DNA of 64,000 nt from Leucoraja erinacea (Eukaryota), in assembly GCF_028641065.1 (NCBI RefSeq), contig NC_073378.1, positions 62,558,001 through 62,622,000 of the forward strand, given 5' to 3'. Numbering within the stretch: the stretch's first letter is position 1; every line of letters starts with the position of its first letter. Below the pieces are notes generated by a model, which saw only the letters and a program-made list of their open reading frames with translations, was not told the DNA's origin and did no database searches. The position numbers and the translations under genes were made by a program. Below, piece by piece: positions 12,891-23,930 of the stretch.

Positions 12891-13549
12891 GTGAGCTGCA
12901 GTTTGTTTATTTCCGATTTTCTCTGTTTTCCACAAGTGATAACGTCAGAACCGTGTGTGCTGATTTTGAATATTTCCAGTTTGCATTCGTTCTACTGTAT
13001 GTTGCACTATTATACAATACTCAACTGTCTTAGTTCTGCCTCTGTGGGTTACTTTGACAGAACAGCAAGTTTATTTGATGAATTTGTATGTATGTTCTTG
13101 ACTTCAGACCAAATTTCAAAGACTGAATTGATCTACGTTCATGTGATTGTAAGCTTTTGATATTAATTTGTGGTTATTTTATTTGCAAGGAAATTCTGGG
13201 CTCCAGCTGCCATTTAAATCAAAATAGATATTTCACGAGCACCCTGATAGTTGGCATTGTGCATAAGGCAGATATCTGTGATTTATGTATCTGCTGCTGA
13301 TAGTTGGCTGAACTAAGAAGTTATTTCCGCTTTCACTAGTTTTAGGGGGCATTTAGAGAAATAAGTGTGTTGTAGTTTTAAAAAACAGAATTTATGGGAA
13401 AAGAAATGTAGATAAGTTAAAATATATTTTAATTTCAATAGTAATTTTTAAGGAATAGAATTACAGTCTACAAGCCAATAAAATATAAATTGTTATTGGA
13501 AATGATAACTGAAAAATGTATTTAGAATATGCCTCTAGTTTTAATGGTA

Positions 13550-15383
13550 CAGGTGCACAACCTTTTATCCGAAAGCCTTGGGACCAGACATTTTTCGTAA
13601 TTCGGAATTATTCGGCTTTCGGATTGGAAGATTTTTAGCGTAGATTTTAACGGCTGGCTCAGTGGTAGAGTGCTCGGCTCATATCCGCAAGGTCGCGAAT
13701 TTGCGCCTCGATCCCGGCAGTTACTCGATCGCGAGTTTGAGTCTTCAATGTAGTTTTTTCTTGCAGAATAGGAGAGAATAGGGAGGGATAGGCTGGGATC
13801 GTTCTCTGCGAGATAATCTTAGTGCAGGAGACAAGTATAGGAGAGGTGTACTGACTGTGTGGGCAGAACTTTGGAAGTGATTGCCCACCATTCTCAAAAG
13901 CCGCTGTGTCTCCCTGTCCCTCCAACTCCAGAGGAATCCTCTCCCCGATGGGCCGCTATGGCGACAAGTGGCAGTTCGCCCACAGCCCGAGCTGCGCCAC
14001 CCCAAGAACAAGACGTACCTTGCACACCATCAGCTTCTGCCCCTCTGGAGTTGGAGCGGGGCTGGGCTGGAGTTGCTGATCTGGGATCTCCGTGCTTGTA
14101 GTGGGCCTGGGGTTCGGAGTCCCGATGAGGGGGCGCAGCTCGGGCTGTGGGCGAACTGCCACTTGTCGCCATAGCGGCCCATCGGGGGGAGCGGCTTCTG
14201 GTGGTCCTGACGTCTTCGGCCACCCCCCTGTACAGGAACTGAGACTGGGAACTGTACCGCCCTTGCAGGTGAGCAGGAGAGTGGGGTTGTTTGCGGTTGC
14301 AGAGGGAGGGGGCAAGGGCGGTACAGTTCCCAGTCTCAACTCCTGTCCAGGGGGGTGGCCGGAGACATCAGGACCAACAGGAACCCACTCCCCGATGGGC
14401 CGCTCCAGCGATAAGTGGCAGTTCGCCCACAGCCCGAGCTGCGCCCCCTCATTCGCAACCCGGGTTCCTCTGGAGTTGGAGCGGGGCTGGGCTAGAGTTG
14501 CTGTTGGCTGTGAGTCTCCGGGATCTCCGTGCTTGCGGTCGGTGTCCCGTTGGTCCTGACGTCTCCGGCCACCCCCCTGGACAGGAGCTGAGACTGTGAA
14601 CTGTACCGCCCTTGCCCCCTCCCTCTGCAACTGCAAACAACCCCACTCTCCTGCTCACCTGCAAGGGCGGTACAGTTCCCAGTCTCAACTCCTGTACAGG
14701 GGGGTGGCCGGAGACGTCACAGCCCGAGCTGCGCCCCCTCATCTGCAACCCCAAGAACAAGACGCACCTTGCGCACCATCAGCTTCTGTCCCTACGGGAA
14801 GCGTGTTCCTCTGGAGTTGGAATGGGGCTGGGCTGCTGCTGGCTGTGGGTCTCTGGGATCTCCGTGCTTGCAGTGGGCCTGGGGGTCGGTGTCCCGTTGG
14901 TCCTGACGTCTCCGGTGACTGGCATTGACGTGAAGACGCAAAGCCCCTGCGCTGGTGCAATGGGCGGGGAACTGGAGAGGGGAGGGAAGGGGTCACACAC
15001 ATGGCCGGGAAGCAGAGGGGTGTAGGTGGGGTGAAACTGAAGGGAGCGACAATCTGCTGCTGCCTGCCAGCTGAGTTAAAATGTTCCCACGCAAGACTCA
15101 CGACACACTGTGTATCGTGAGTCTACCGTGGGAACTTTTTAACTCAGCGGGCAGGCAGCAGCAGATTGTCAATTATTAACCCTCCCGCGCCATATACCCT
15201 CACCTCTTTTATGAATGGGGATTTAGTTCCCCTTTCTTCGAGGACCGACCGGAGGTTCCGCTGTCACCTCTGCGGGCCGCACTCGGTAAACGTCTTCAAG
15301 GACCTTTCTTCAAGGACTGAAAAAATGTCCGCTATTCGGAGCTTTTCGTTATTTGGATCTTCGGATAAAAGGTTGTGCACCTG
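13550..15383. mobile_element. Non-autonomous pogo/Tigger-like DNA transposon
   Basis: TA target on both sides; perfect 24-bp TIR CAGGTGCACAACCTTTTATCCGAA / TTCGGATAAAAGGTTGTGCACCTG; subterminal TTCGG repeats; GC-rich palindromic interior; no transposase. Confidence 0.88.
13651..13718 (+). pseudogene. tRNA-Met(CAT)-like sequence / SINE-like head inside the transposon
   Basis: A-box TGGCTCAGTGG (13655-13665), CGG-CTCATAT-CCG anticodon-like arm, AAGGTCGCG then an interrupted B-box ...TCGATCCC; no acceptor stem. Confidence 0.55.
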
Positions 15384-15619
15384 TACTAGCATTTGCAGGG
15401 TAGGAGAGTTGACGCTTGGAGCTCATTAAAGCTATTTGCTCAAGTTTGTGTTTTAATCACCTGTTTAGCTGCACATTTTTGCTTAATGGTAGCCTACATC
15501 TTAAAAATAAACCAACGAATAAATATGGGACAATATTTGGCAAATATTAAAATATTTTATTTTACACATGAATTATTATTTTTTTAACAAACTCATCCTG
15601 TTTTTTTTTAATTTTCCAG

Positions 15620-15754
15620 GTGTTTTCTTACACTGCAAACAAAGAAATTAGAACAGATGATTTGTGCCTAGATGTGTCCAAACTTCATGGCCCTATCATG
15701 ATGCTGAAGTGTCACCATCTAAAAGGCAATCAGCTTTGGGAGCATGATGCTGTG
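15620..15754 (+). CDS. GALNT1: GALNT1 coding exon (ricin lectin beta repeat)
   Basis: ttccag|GTG TTT...GCT GTG|gtaagt; [45 protein letters not shown]. Confidence 0.97.
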
Positions 15755-16044
15755 GTAAGTATTGCCTTTATAAAAACATTAGCTTAAAATGTTCTATCCA
15801 AATAATGCTGGCTATAACACTGTTGGGCAGAAATCCTGGGGGGGGGGCTCGTCCCCTCCATGTTTTGAGAGGTGGGGGACAATCCCAACCATGTTTTGTA
15901 ATATGGATTTTAAAATTCGGTAAAAACAATCTATTAAAAATCTCTGGTTTCCGCGAGACAGTGGGGGTGGGACTGATGATCGAGGGTGCTGATTGGATGA
16001 GAGAGACGTCGGTCAGAAGGCAGTGGGGGGGGGGGGGGGGTTAT

Positions 16045-16310
16045 TCACCCCAGCGGTATGAACATTGACTTCTCCAATTTCAGGTAGTCCTTGCTTTCTC
16101 CCTCTTTCCCCTTCCCAGCTCTCCCACAGCCCACTGTCTATGCCTCTTCCTTTTTTCTTCCCCCCCCCCCCACCTCCACATCAGTCTGAAGAAGGGTCTC
16201 GACCCGAAACATCACCTATTCCTTTGCTCCATAAATGCTGTCTCACCCGCTGCGTTTCTCCTACGCTTTTCTCTACCTTCGATTTTTCCAGCATCTGCAG
16301 TTCCTTAAAC
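16045..16310 (+). mobile_element. Penelope-like element 3' end with hammerhead-like motif
   Basis: PSGMNIDFSNF ORF end, pyrimidine tract, then CTGAAGAAGGGTCTCGACCCGAAACATC at 16186-16213. Confidence 0.75.
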
Positions 16311-16544
16311 ACCATAAAACCTTATCGCTGCACTGAATTTCAATTAAATTTGTATGAGGATTGATCTATATAGTTCCGCTTGCACTATTATGGTCTGGTT
16401 ACCTAATATAACCGATAATTTACTGTATTATTGATTGTATATTTATTTGTTGTGATGTTGCGTTAATGTGTTAAAAGCTGCAGCAACAATAATTTCACTG
16501 TTCTGTTCGCAATGCATATGATGATTAAACATTCTTGATTTGTC

Positions 16545-17860
16545 TTGTCCTTGACCCTCAACACTAGTACCCCTCAGGGTTATGCATTCAATTCCTTGCT
16601 GTACTCCCGCTACTCCCATGATAATGTGACCAAGTACAATGCCAACACGATCTTTAAATTTGTCAATGATACCACTGTTGATGACCAGATTAACAATAAT
16701 GATGATGAGACAAAGTACAGGGAAGAGACTGAGAATTGTTGTTTCATGGTGTCTGGACAAAAATCTAGCCTTAATGCCAGTAAGACAAAAGAGTTAGTTG
16801 TTGACCTAAGGAAGAAAGAAGTGAGCACAACCCTGTCCTAATCAATGGAGCTGCTGTCGGGGTGGTTAATAGCTTCAGGATCCATTTCACCAACAAATCC
16901 ACCAACTTTTTATTCTACTGACAGGATGATATGGCAACAGCTCTGTTCATGACCACCTAAACCTGCAGAGTGGTTGTCACAGCTCAGCCAATCACAGGCT
17001 CGACACTTCCTTCCATCCAATCCATCTTCATTATATGGTGCATCAAGAAGGCTGGAAGTATGCCTTCCACCCTGGCCATTCCCTTTTCTTTCTTCTTTCT
17101 GAAAGTTTGGAGATCCAGAGTTCAGAACAGCTTCTTCCCCCGTTGCTATATGATTCATGAACCTATCATCTCTTTTGCACCGATTTCCTGAAGGTGTTAC
17201 ATGTACTCTTATTCTTAATTTTATCTCATTCCATTATTTTACTTTAATATTTTGTTTTGCTTTTCTCAGCTAATGCACTACAATCTTGTACCATTCTGCT
17301 GTTTTGCATATTATTGTATTTATTGTTGTAATTATTACTGTATGTTTACTCAGCTTCATGTCATACAGCACAGAAACAGGCACTTCAGCCAAGTTTGCCA
17401 TGCCGACCAAGGTGCCCCATCTACAGTAGTCCCACCTGCCCGTGTTTGGCCCATGCCCCCCTAAAGCTTTACTATTCAAGTACCTGTCCAAATGTCTTTC
17501 AAATGTTGTTATAGTTTCTGCCTCAACTACCTCCTACAGCAGCTCATTCCATATACCCACCACCCTTTGTGTGCAAAGTTGCCCCTCAGATTCCTATTAA
17601 ATCTTTCCCCTCTTACCTTAAAAATACATGTGGTTCTTGATTCCCCTACTCTGGGTAAAATAGTACAGTACTTCTATAAGATCACCTCTCATATCCTCCT
17701 ATGCCCCAAGGAACATAGTCCTAGCCTGTCCAACCTCTTCCTATGGCTCAGGTCCTCAAGCCCTGGCACCAACCTCCTAAATCTTCTCTGCATTCTTTCC
17801 AGCTTGACAACATCACACTGAATTTTGTTACACTCTGCAGTACATGACTAAACTAATCTG
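16545..17860 (+). mobile_element. Degenerate Rex1-like LINE with nested CR1 3' fragment (17363-17815, minus)
   Basis: LTLNTSTPQG...LLYSRYSHD...FKFVNDTTV...LNASKTKELVVDLRK; nested piece matches the CR1 3' end. Confidence 0.65.
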
Positions 17861-18012
17861 AACCTAGGATCAGGCTTGTTTGCATTTATGAAATCTGACT
17901 ACACCACATGTTTTGCTTAAATGCTTTGTAAAGTAAGGGTTTTTTTGCATTAGAAATTTTTATGGGACCTTTTTCGTACAAAAATAATAGTACAATTTTT
18001 CTAATGTTTCAG

Positions 18013-18159
18013 AAACTATTCCTGATGCATGTGAACAGCAATCAGTGCTTGGATAAATCCACAGATGCAGACAGCCAAGTGCCCACCATGAAGGATTGCA
18101 ATGGAAGCCGCTCACAACAGTGGATTTTGCGCAACGTCACACTCCCTGAGGTTTTCTGA
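18013..18159 (+). CDS. GALNT1: GALNT1 terminal coding exon (ricin lectin gamma repeat, stop TGA)
   Basis: tttcag|AAA CTA...; [48 protein letters not shown]; the C-terminus RNVTLPE.F is GALNT1-type. Confidence 0.97.
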   Translation, partial: KLFLMHVNSNQCLDKSTDADSQVPTMKDCNGSRSQQWILRNVTLPEVF

Positions 18160-19430
18160 TTGGTCAGCTCTGAAGATTTAATGGGCTACCTCTGTGCACC
18201 TTACTGCTAGATCTGTACTTAAAATGAACTTTCATCTTAGCAGCGAATAGGTTCCTCCTCTGAGCATGTAGACTACTTGAAGGATATTGTGAATCTGCAT
18301 TCCTTCTTTGCGGTTTGAAACTACAGACTTCGGAGAAACTGTGCGCACTGATGTTTACAATGTTTCTAACTGATTTAAAAAGGGGAAGGTGGGGCTGGCA
18401 AGATTGTTTAAATCTTAGTGAATGGACTTGCACTGCTCATTAAGTAAATATGATTTAATCAAGGAAGTGGTCCTGACACATCACCATTTTCCCGTAAGCA
18501 GCATATCATAGTAATTTAATTGCACAATTGTATTTGTATTTGTTTGAAAGTGTGGCATAGACCCCAGAAATGTTCATAAAATCACAAAATATCTTGGTTT
18601 ATTTGTGGTGACCAATATTGCGTCTTATCAGTGCAAGAATACAATGAACATATATCAAACATACATTTAAATCACTTTTGTATAAATACAAAATCTATTT
18701 AACTGGGACAGAATTCATGGAAAAATGAATATTACAATTATGAGGAATTTAATTTTGTGTAGATTTTTATATCTCAATGAAGAATTAACCAGTTCTGATT
18801 TACAAATTGTGAACCTTCTGTTTTGTTTGCCATGGAATTGTTTCAGTTAATTCATTCGTAATGAGGGGAAATTGAAAATTAGAGGCCACATAGAGACGGG
18901 AAATTATAGAGATGTCTTTTTATTTTCTTCACATATGTTATTTCATTTAATTTTTTCCCCTTTTATAACTTCTTGTTCGGGTTCTGTAGGCTGTTAAATT
19001 TTGTTTTTGGCTCCTTCCTGACTTCTTCTCCTTGAATTATTCGAACTGCTGCTACGAACCAGTCGAGGATCATTTCATTAACCAGCTTCTGAAATACAGT
19101 GAATAAATGTTTCTGTATAGTTCGGCTTTGTATTCTTGATGAATAATGCATTTCCTCATAATGTTAGGAGTGTGTGTGGCCTAGCTTTATCGGATGTAGA
19201 TTTTTTTCCCCCCCTTTTTATATATTTTGTTTTATAAACAATAAAATTCACTATATGTTCTCATCAGTGGGCTGGGCTGGTCTGGACTGCAGCTGGGTTT
19301 TTGCAGGATAAAATCTTCATTCCGTCCACAAAACAGTTCCTGCTACTCCACTATTTGCATAACTATACTAGATTCTGTGAAATACTGGTGATTGCTTTTT
19401 CCTAATAAAAGATTTGAAACTGATTTAATT
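18160..19430 (+). promoter_or_regulatory. GALNT1: GALNT1 3' UTR with candidate poly(A) signals
   Basis: TE-free AT-rich tract after the stop; AATAAA at 19102, 19240 and 19404; true end not determinable. Confidence 0.6.
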
Positions 19431-19624
19431 GTGTTTTCTAACTACCCTTGTCAGACAGTAATAAATTATCCATTCAATACAATGCATTTCTTTCTCCATT
19501 TTATGCATTATAGACACTTTCCTGATGCAGGGTTGGAAGTGATGTGCCACAGGGATTGTTTGAACAAAGCTGGGCCTTTTGCTGTTCATCATTTATTTAA
19601 ATTGTTTAAGAATTCAAGGCATAG

Positions 19625-20875
19625 TTTATATGTTTGCAGATGACAAAATAGGAGACATTATAGACAGTGAAGTAGGGTGTCAAAAATTACAGCAGATTTT
19701 TGATCATCTAGGTAAGTGGACGAAGGAGTAGCATATGGCGTTCAATTCAGATAAGTCGTAGTCTTGTATTTTGAAAAGTCAAACTAGAGTAAGACTTCTG
19801 TACAAAAGTGTACACAATCATGAGATGAATAAATCGGGTAGACCCACAGAGTCTCTTGCCCAGGATAGGGGAATCAAAAACTAGAGGACATAGGTTCAAG
19901 GTGAGTGGGGAAAGATTTAATAGGAACCTGAGGGGTATCTTTTTCATGCAAAGGGTGGTAGGTGTACGGTACGAGCTGCCGGAGGAGGTAGTTGCGGCAG
20001 GTACTATTGCAACGTTTAAGAAACATTTAGACTGGTACATGGATAGATCAGGTTTAGAGAGATGTGGACCAAATGCAGGCAGGTGGGACTAGTATAAATG
20101 GGACATGTTGGCCGGTGTGGGCAAGTTGGGCTGAAGGACCTGTTTCCACACTGTAAGACTCTATAGCTTGCATGAACAGTAGGACATTCAGGAATGTTGT
20201 GGAACAGAGGAACCTAGTATAAGTACATGCTTCCATGAAAATAGCAGCACAGGTAGACAGGTTGGAGAAGGAGCAGTTTGGAATGCTGGCCTTCATCAGT
20301 AAGGGCATTGAGTATAGGAGTTGGGACATTTTGTTGCAGTTGTACAAGCAGTGAGGCTGCAATTGGAGTATTGTGTTCAGTTTTGATTGCCCTACTGTAG
20401 GAAAAACATCTTAAGCTGGAAAGAGTACAAAGCAGATTTACAAGAATGGTGCCAGGACTTGAGGGTGTGAGTTGTATGGAGCGGCTGGATTATTCCTCTC
20501 CCTATAACTAAGGTTGACCTTGCCAAGTTATATAAAATCATGAATGGCACAGATAAGATGAATGTACACAGTCTTTTTCCCTGGGAAGGGGAAATTAAAA
20601 CTAGAGGACTAGTTTTAATTTTGTTACTGTCCACAATTAGATTTAAGGGGTGAAGGGAAACAATTAAAAGGCTCCCAGGAGATCACTGCTTCACTGTGGT
20701 GCACATGGAATGAGCTGTTAGAGAAAGTGGTTGAACCAGATGCGATAGCGACATAAATGGAAAGGAAAGATTTAGAGGGGCATAGGCCTAATGCAGGTAA
20801 ATGTGATTGGCTTAGATCGGTGTGTTGGCCGTCATGGACAAGTTGAGCTGAAGGGCCTTTTTCCGTGCTATATGA
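19625..20875 (+). mobile_element. Two adjacent CR1-like LINE 3' fragments
   Basis: FADDK.IG..., ESKTRGHRFKV.GERF...FFMQRVVGV...LPEEVV; two GGGCTGAAGG-type tails at ~20130 and ~20850. Confidence 0.8.
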
Positions 20876-22053
20876 ATAAACCTTTCAGTGGCAGTCAAAA
20901 GTTGACTTTTTTTTGTATATTCTCTTAAAGATTGACTGATGCAAAACCAGTGGCACAAGAAATTGCAGTCTGAAGAAGGGTCCTGAACCAATGCGTCGTC
21001 TGTCCATTTCCTTCATCTTCAACATGGTCAATAAAGATAATTGTTAACATTTCAACTGCCAACTGAATTACCCAACACTGCTTAGAAATTCAGGTGGGAC
21101 TCATTGCAATATTTGAATTGTCTGTTGTACTAGTTTATTCCTTATTGTACCATTTAGGGTTAAGCAAAGAGAAAAGTGACATCAAGTAACTCAGAATTCA
21201 AATAGATTCTTGAGAAGGATGTCATTAATCCTGGAGAGGAATGATCCATTGAAACTGCATAATTCCAATGCCTGATTGTCATATTTCTATATACCCTATT
21301 TCTGACTGTAACTCTTGATCATATACCCTATTTCTAGTTCTACAGCAACTACTGCACAGGATAGAATTCTCAATATCACTACCTTGCAGAAAGAACTGTA
21401 TTTTAACCAAGACTAATCTTATTCCAGAATAAAACAACATGATCAGCCTTGCAGTCATAAATACATAAGATCACTCTATTCACCCAGCTTTCTTTTCATT
21501 ATAATTGTCTTTATGAATGAGAATATACACAACTTTCTCAATGATTCAATTGATTTTAGTACTGCCCCAAAAGGTTCTACTTTCATTCAACGTAAAGTTA
21601 TTGCTGAAGCAATACTAAAACTTGGTCTTAATTTTCCTTCTCTGCTTGAATAGTAGTACAATTTATGCTCCAAATATATCTTCCACATGTTGAGCTTTAT
21701 TTTAGAGCATAGCTCAAAAATTCAAAAAGGAGTGTTTTGATAGGCGTGCAGAATAAGGCTGTTTACTGGTTCTATTAGATGTTGGATTTCTCATTTTTTA
21801 AAAGTTTTATGAGGAGAAAAGGGGTTTGTTAGTAAAGGAAGTGAAATCTGAGGCTATACAGTGGCGTATACGTGGTGAAGTCACTATAATGTCTCCGATT
21901 TCTACCCATTTGTGTCTCCGACTCGAGCGGACCTTTCACAAGCTAAGGATGTATACCCGCCCTCACCCCTACTCCCATCTACCTTTCTGCAGAACTTACA
22001 CTTTAAAAAAAAAATCTGCTCTTTCCCTGAACCTGTATTGCTATATTCTGCAA

Positions 22054-22198
22054 ACGGACACAAATTACTGGGGTAATTCAGCAGGTAAGGCAGCATCTCT
22101 GGAAAACATGAATAGATGATACTTCAGGTCGAGACCCTTTTTCAGACCTTTGTGTCATTTTGCGTATATTAACCAATATCCGCAGTATTTTTTTTCTA
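22054..22198. mobile_element. Penelope-derived short element
   Basis: Family sequence; flanked by CTATATT(C/T)TGCAA direct repeat (22041-22053, 22199-22211). Confidence 0.65.
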
Positions 22199-23034
22199 CT
22201 ATATTTTGCAATCTGTTTCCTTTCTCTTTGCACTATTTGTATACTCGTGAATGGTTCTGGTTGTAATCATGTATGGATGTTTTTACCTTAATTGCAGCCA
22301 AAACAATGTTTTTCACTATCGGTACACATTACAGTAATAAATCTATATCAATAGATGTGACAGCCATTAATGACTGACTGGTTAAGAGTACTAGTGAGGC
22401 ATTGAACCAAAACTCATTTATTTTAGGTCTGGTTCAAATTCAAAGCTCTCATATATTCATTCTTATAATTACATATATTTCTAATTATTTTTAGATCCTG
22501 TTCCTTTCTGGGCAAGGTGCCACAAATTGGTTGAATAGTATCGATGTTGATTGTGTGATTTTTTTTTATTGATTTTTTCCTGAAAAGAGACTGAAGCCTT
22601 ATGAGGTTATATTTTTGGAGGATTCTGAATATCTGTGTGACTTTGTCAAATAAAGTGTGTGGAATTCTACTTGGTGTAACTATGGAAAACAAATGTAAAT
22701 CTCTTCTGGGAAGTGACATGAGAATTACCAATCTCATTTGGATTCAATTGTTTGTAATATGCATTATCCAGATTTCACTTCATTTTTAATGAATGTTCAC
22801 TGGCATGACTTAAAATGCCACTTATACAAGACCATCAATTACTTCCTTATTAGCTCTGATTGGTGTTTTACAAAGAGAAATGTAGCAGCATAATTTACTA
22901 CATCCTGGAATCAGTTACGTTAAAGGAAGCATAAAATTGTGTGCTTTGTTTCTGGTAGCTACTCTTCTACAATCTCCTTTGAGAAATATGTGTTTGGTTT
23001 CTATGTACTGAACAAGTCTAACTACACAGCATGT

Positions 23035-23148
23035 TGTTTAAGAAGGAATTGCAGATGCTGGAAAATCGAAGGTACACAAAAATGCTGGGGAAACTCAGCG
23101 GGTGCAGCAGCACCTATGGAGCGAAGGAAATGGGCAACGTTTCGGGCC
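23035..23148 (-). mobile_element. Penelope-derived short element (second subfamily)
   Basis: Matches the 55509-55625 terminus (gcagatgctgg...gcaacgtttcgggcc). Confidence 0.7.
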
Positions 23149-23602
23149 TATTTTGTGTTAAGTCACAATTAATTTGGGGATGGTTTGGATAAGCCAATAA
23201 CCATTTGGGGCATGCGACCTGGATAACTACACATCGCCTTCACCAATATGGCAATTCAACATATATCCAGTGTAGCCAGATCACATGTCTGATGCTAGCA
23301 GTATTGCACCCCTCAGTATCTGTCCTGCCCAAAAACTGATGATGCAAAAGTGCACTTTTGGGGGCTATTTTGCCTGTGCAATTCTCTAAAGGAGAGTTTT
23401 GAATGTATTGCTTTATTTCTCTGAGTGTTTCCTCTTAACACTCCCCTGTCAGATACTCCTTTAAACTTGGTAATATTTAAAAGTGCCTAATTAATTTAGT
23501 ACATTATCAAATCTGATCCTTAACCTGTTGCCTTGTTGGACATTCCTGTATAAAATATTTGAAGATAATATTTTCAGGCAATGTAAATCTAGCAGGTTTT
23601 AC

Positions 23603-23930
23603 CGGCATGGTGACGCATTAATAGTGTTGCTGCCTTACAGCGATTGCAGCGCCCAAGACCCGAGTTCGATCCCGACTACGGGTGCTGTATGTATGGAGTT
23701 TGTATGTTCTCCCTGTGACCGCGTGGGTTTTCACTGAGATCTTCGGTTTCCTCCCCACGCTCCAAAGACATACAGGTATGTAGGTTAATTGGCTTGCTAA
23801 ATGTAAAAATAAAATGACCCTAGTGTGTTGTGTGTGGGATAGTGTTAATGTGCGGGGATCGCTGGTCGGCACAGACTCAGTGGGCCGAAGGTCCTGTTTC
23901 CGCACTGTATCTCTAAACAAAAACTAAACT
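23603..23930 (+). mobile_element. V-SINE (HE1-like)
   Basis: GAGTTCGATCCC B-box, V-domain, AAACTAAACT tail. Confidence 0.87.

Noticed and set aside
12891-13160. ORF-track extensions of GALNT1 exons (also 6204-6232 and 17962-18012)
   Set aside because: Read-through into introns past canonical splice sites.
13651-13718. Functional tRNA-Met gene
   Set aside because: No acceptor stem, interrupted T-arm/B-box and weak anticodon stem; kept only as tRNA-like.
13659-15101. Many overlapping 100-226 aa ORFs on both strands
   Set aside because: By-product of GC-rich palindromic repeats inside a non-autonomous transposon; repeated peptides and no domain similarity.
2728-18159. GALNT13 as the gene identity
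   Set aside because: Diagnostic residues (DRDYF, LEISF, GGTLE, GQIINK, NMARK, HHLKG, RNVTLPE.F) follow GALNT1 as I recall the paralogues.
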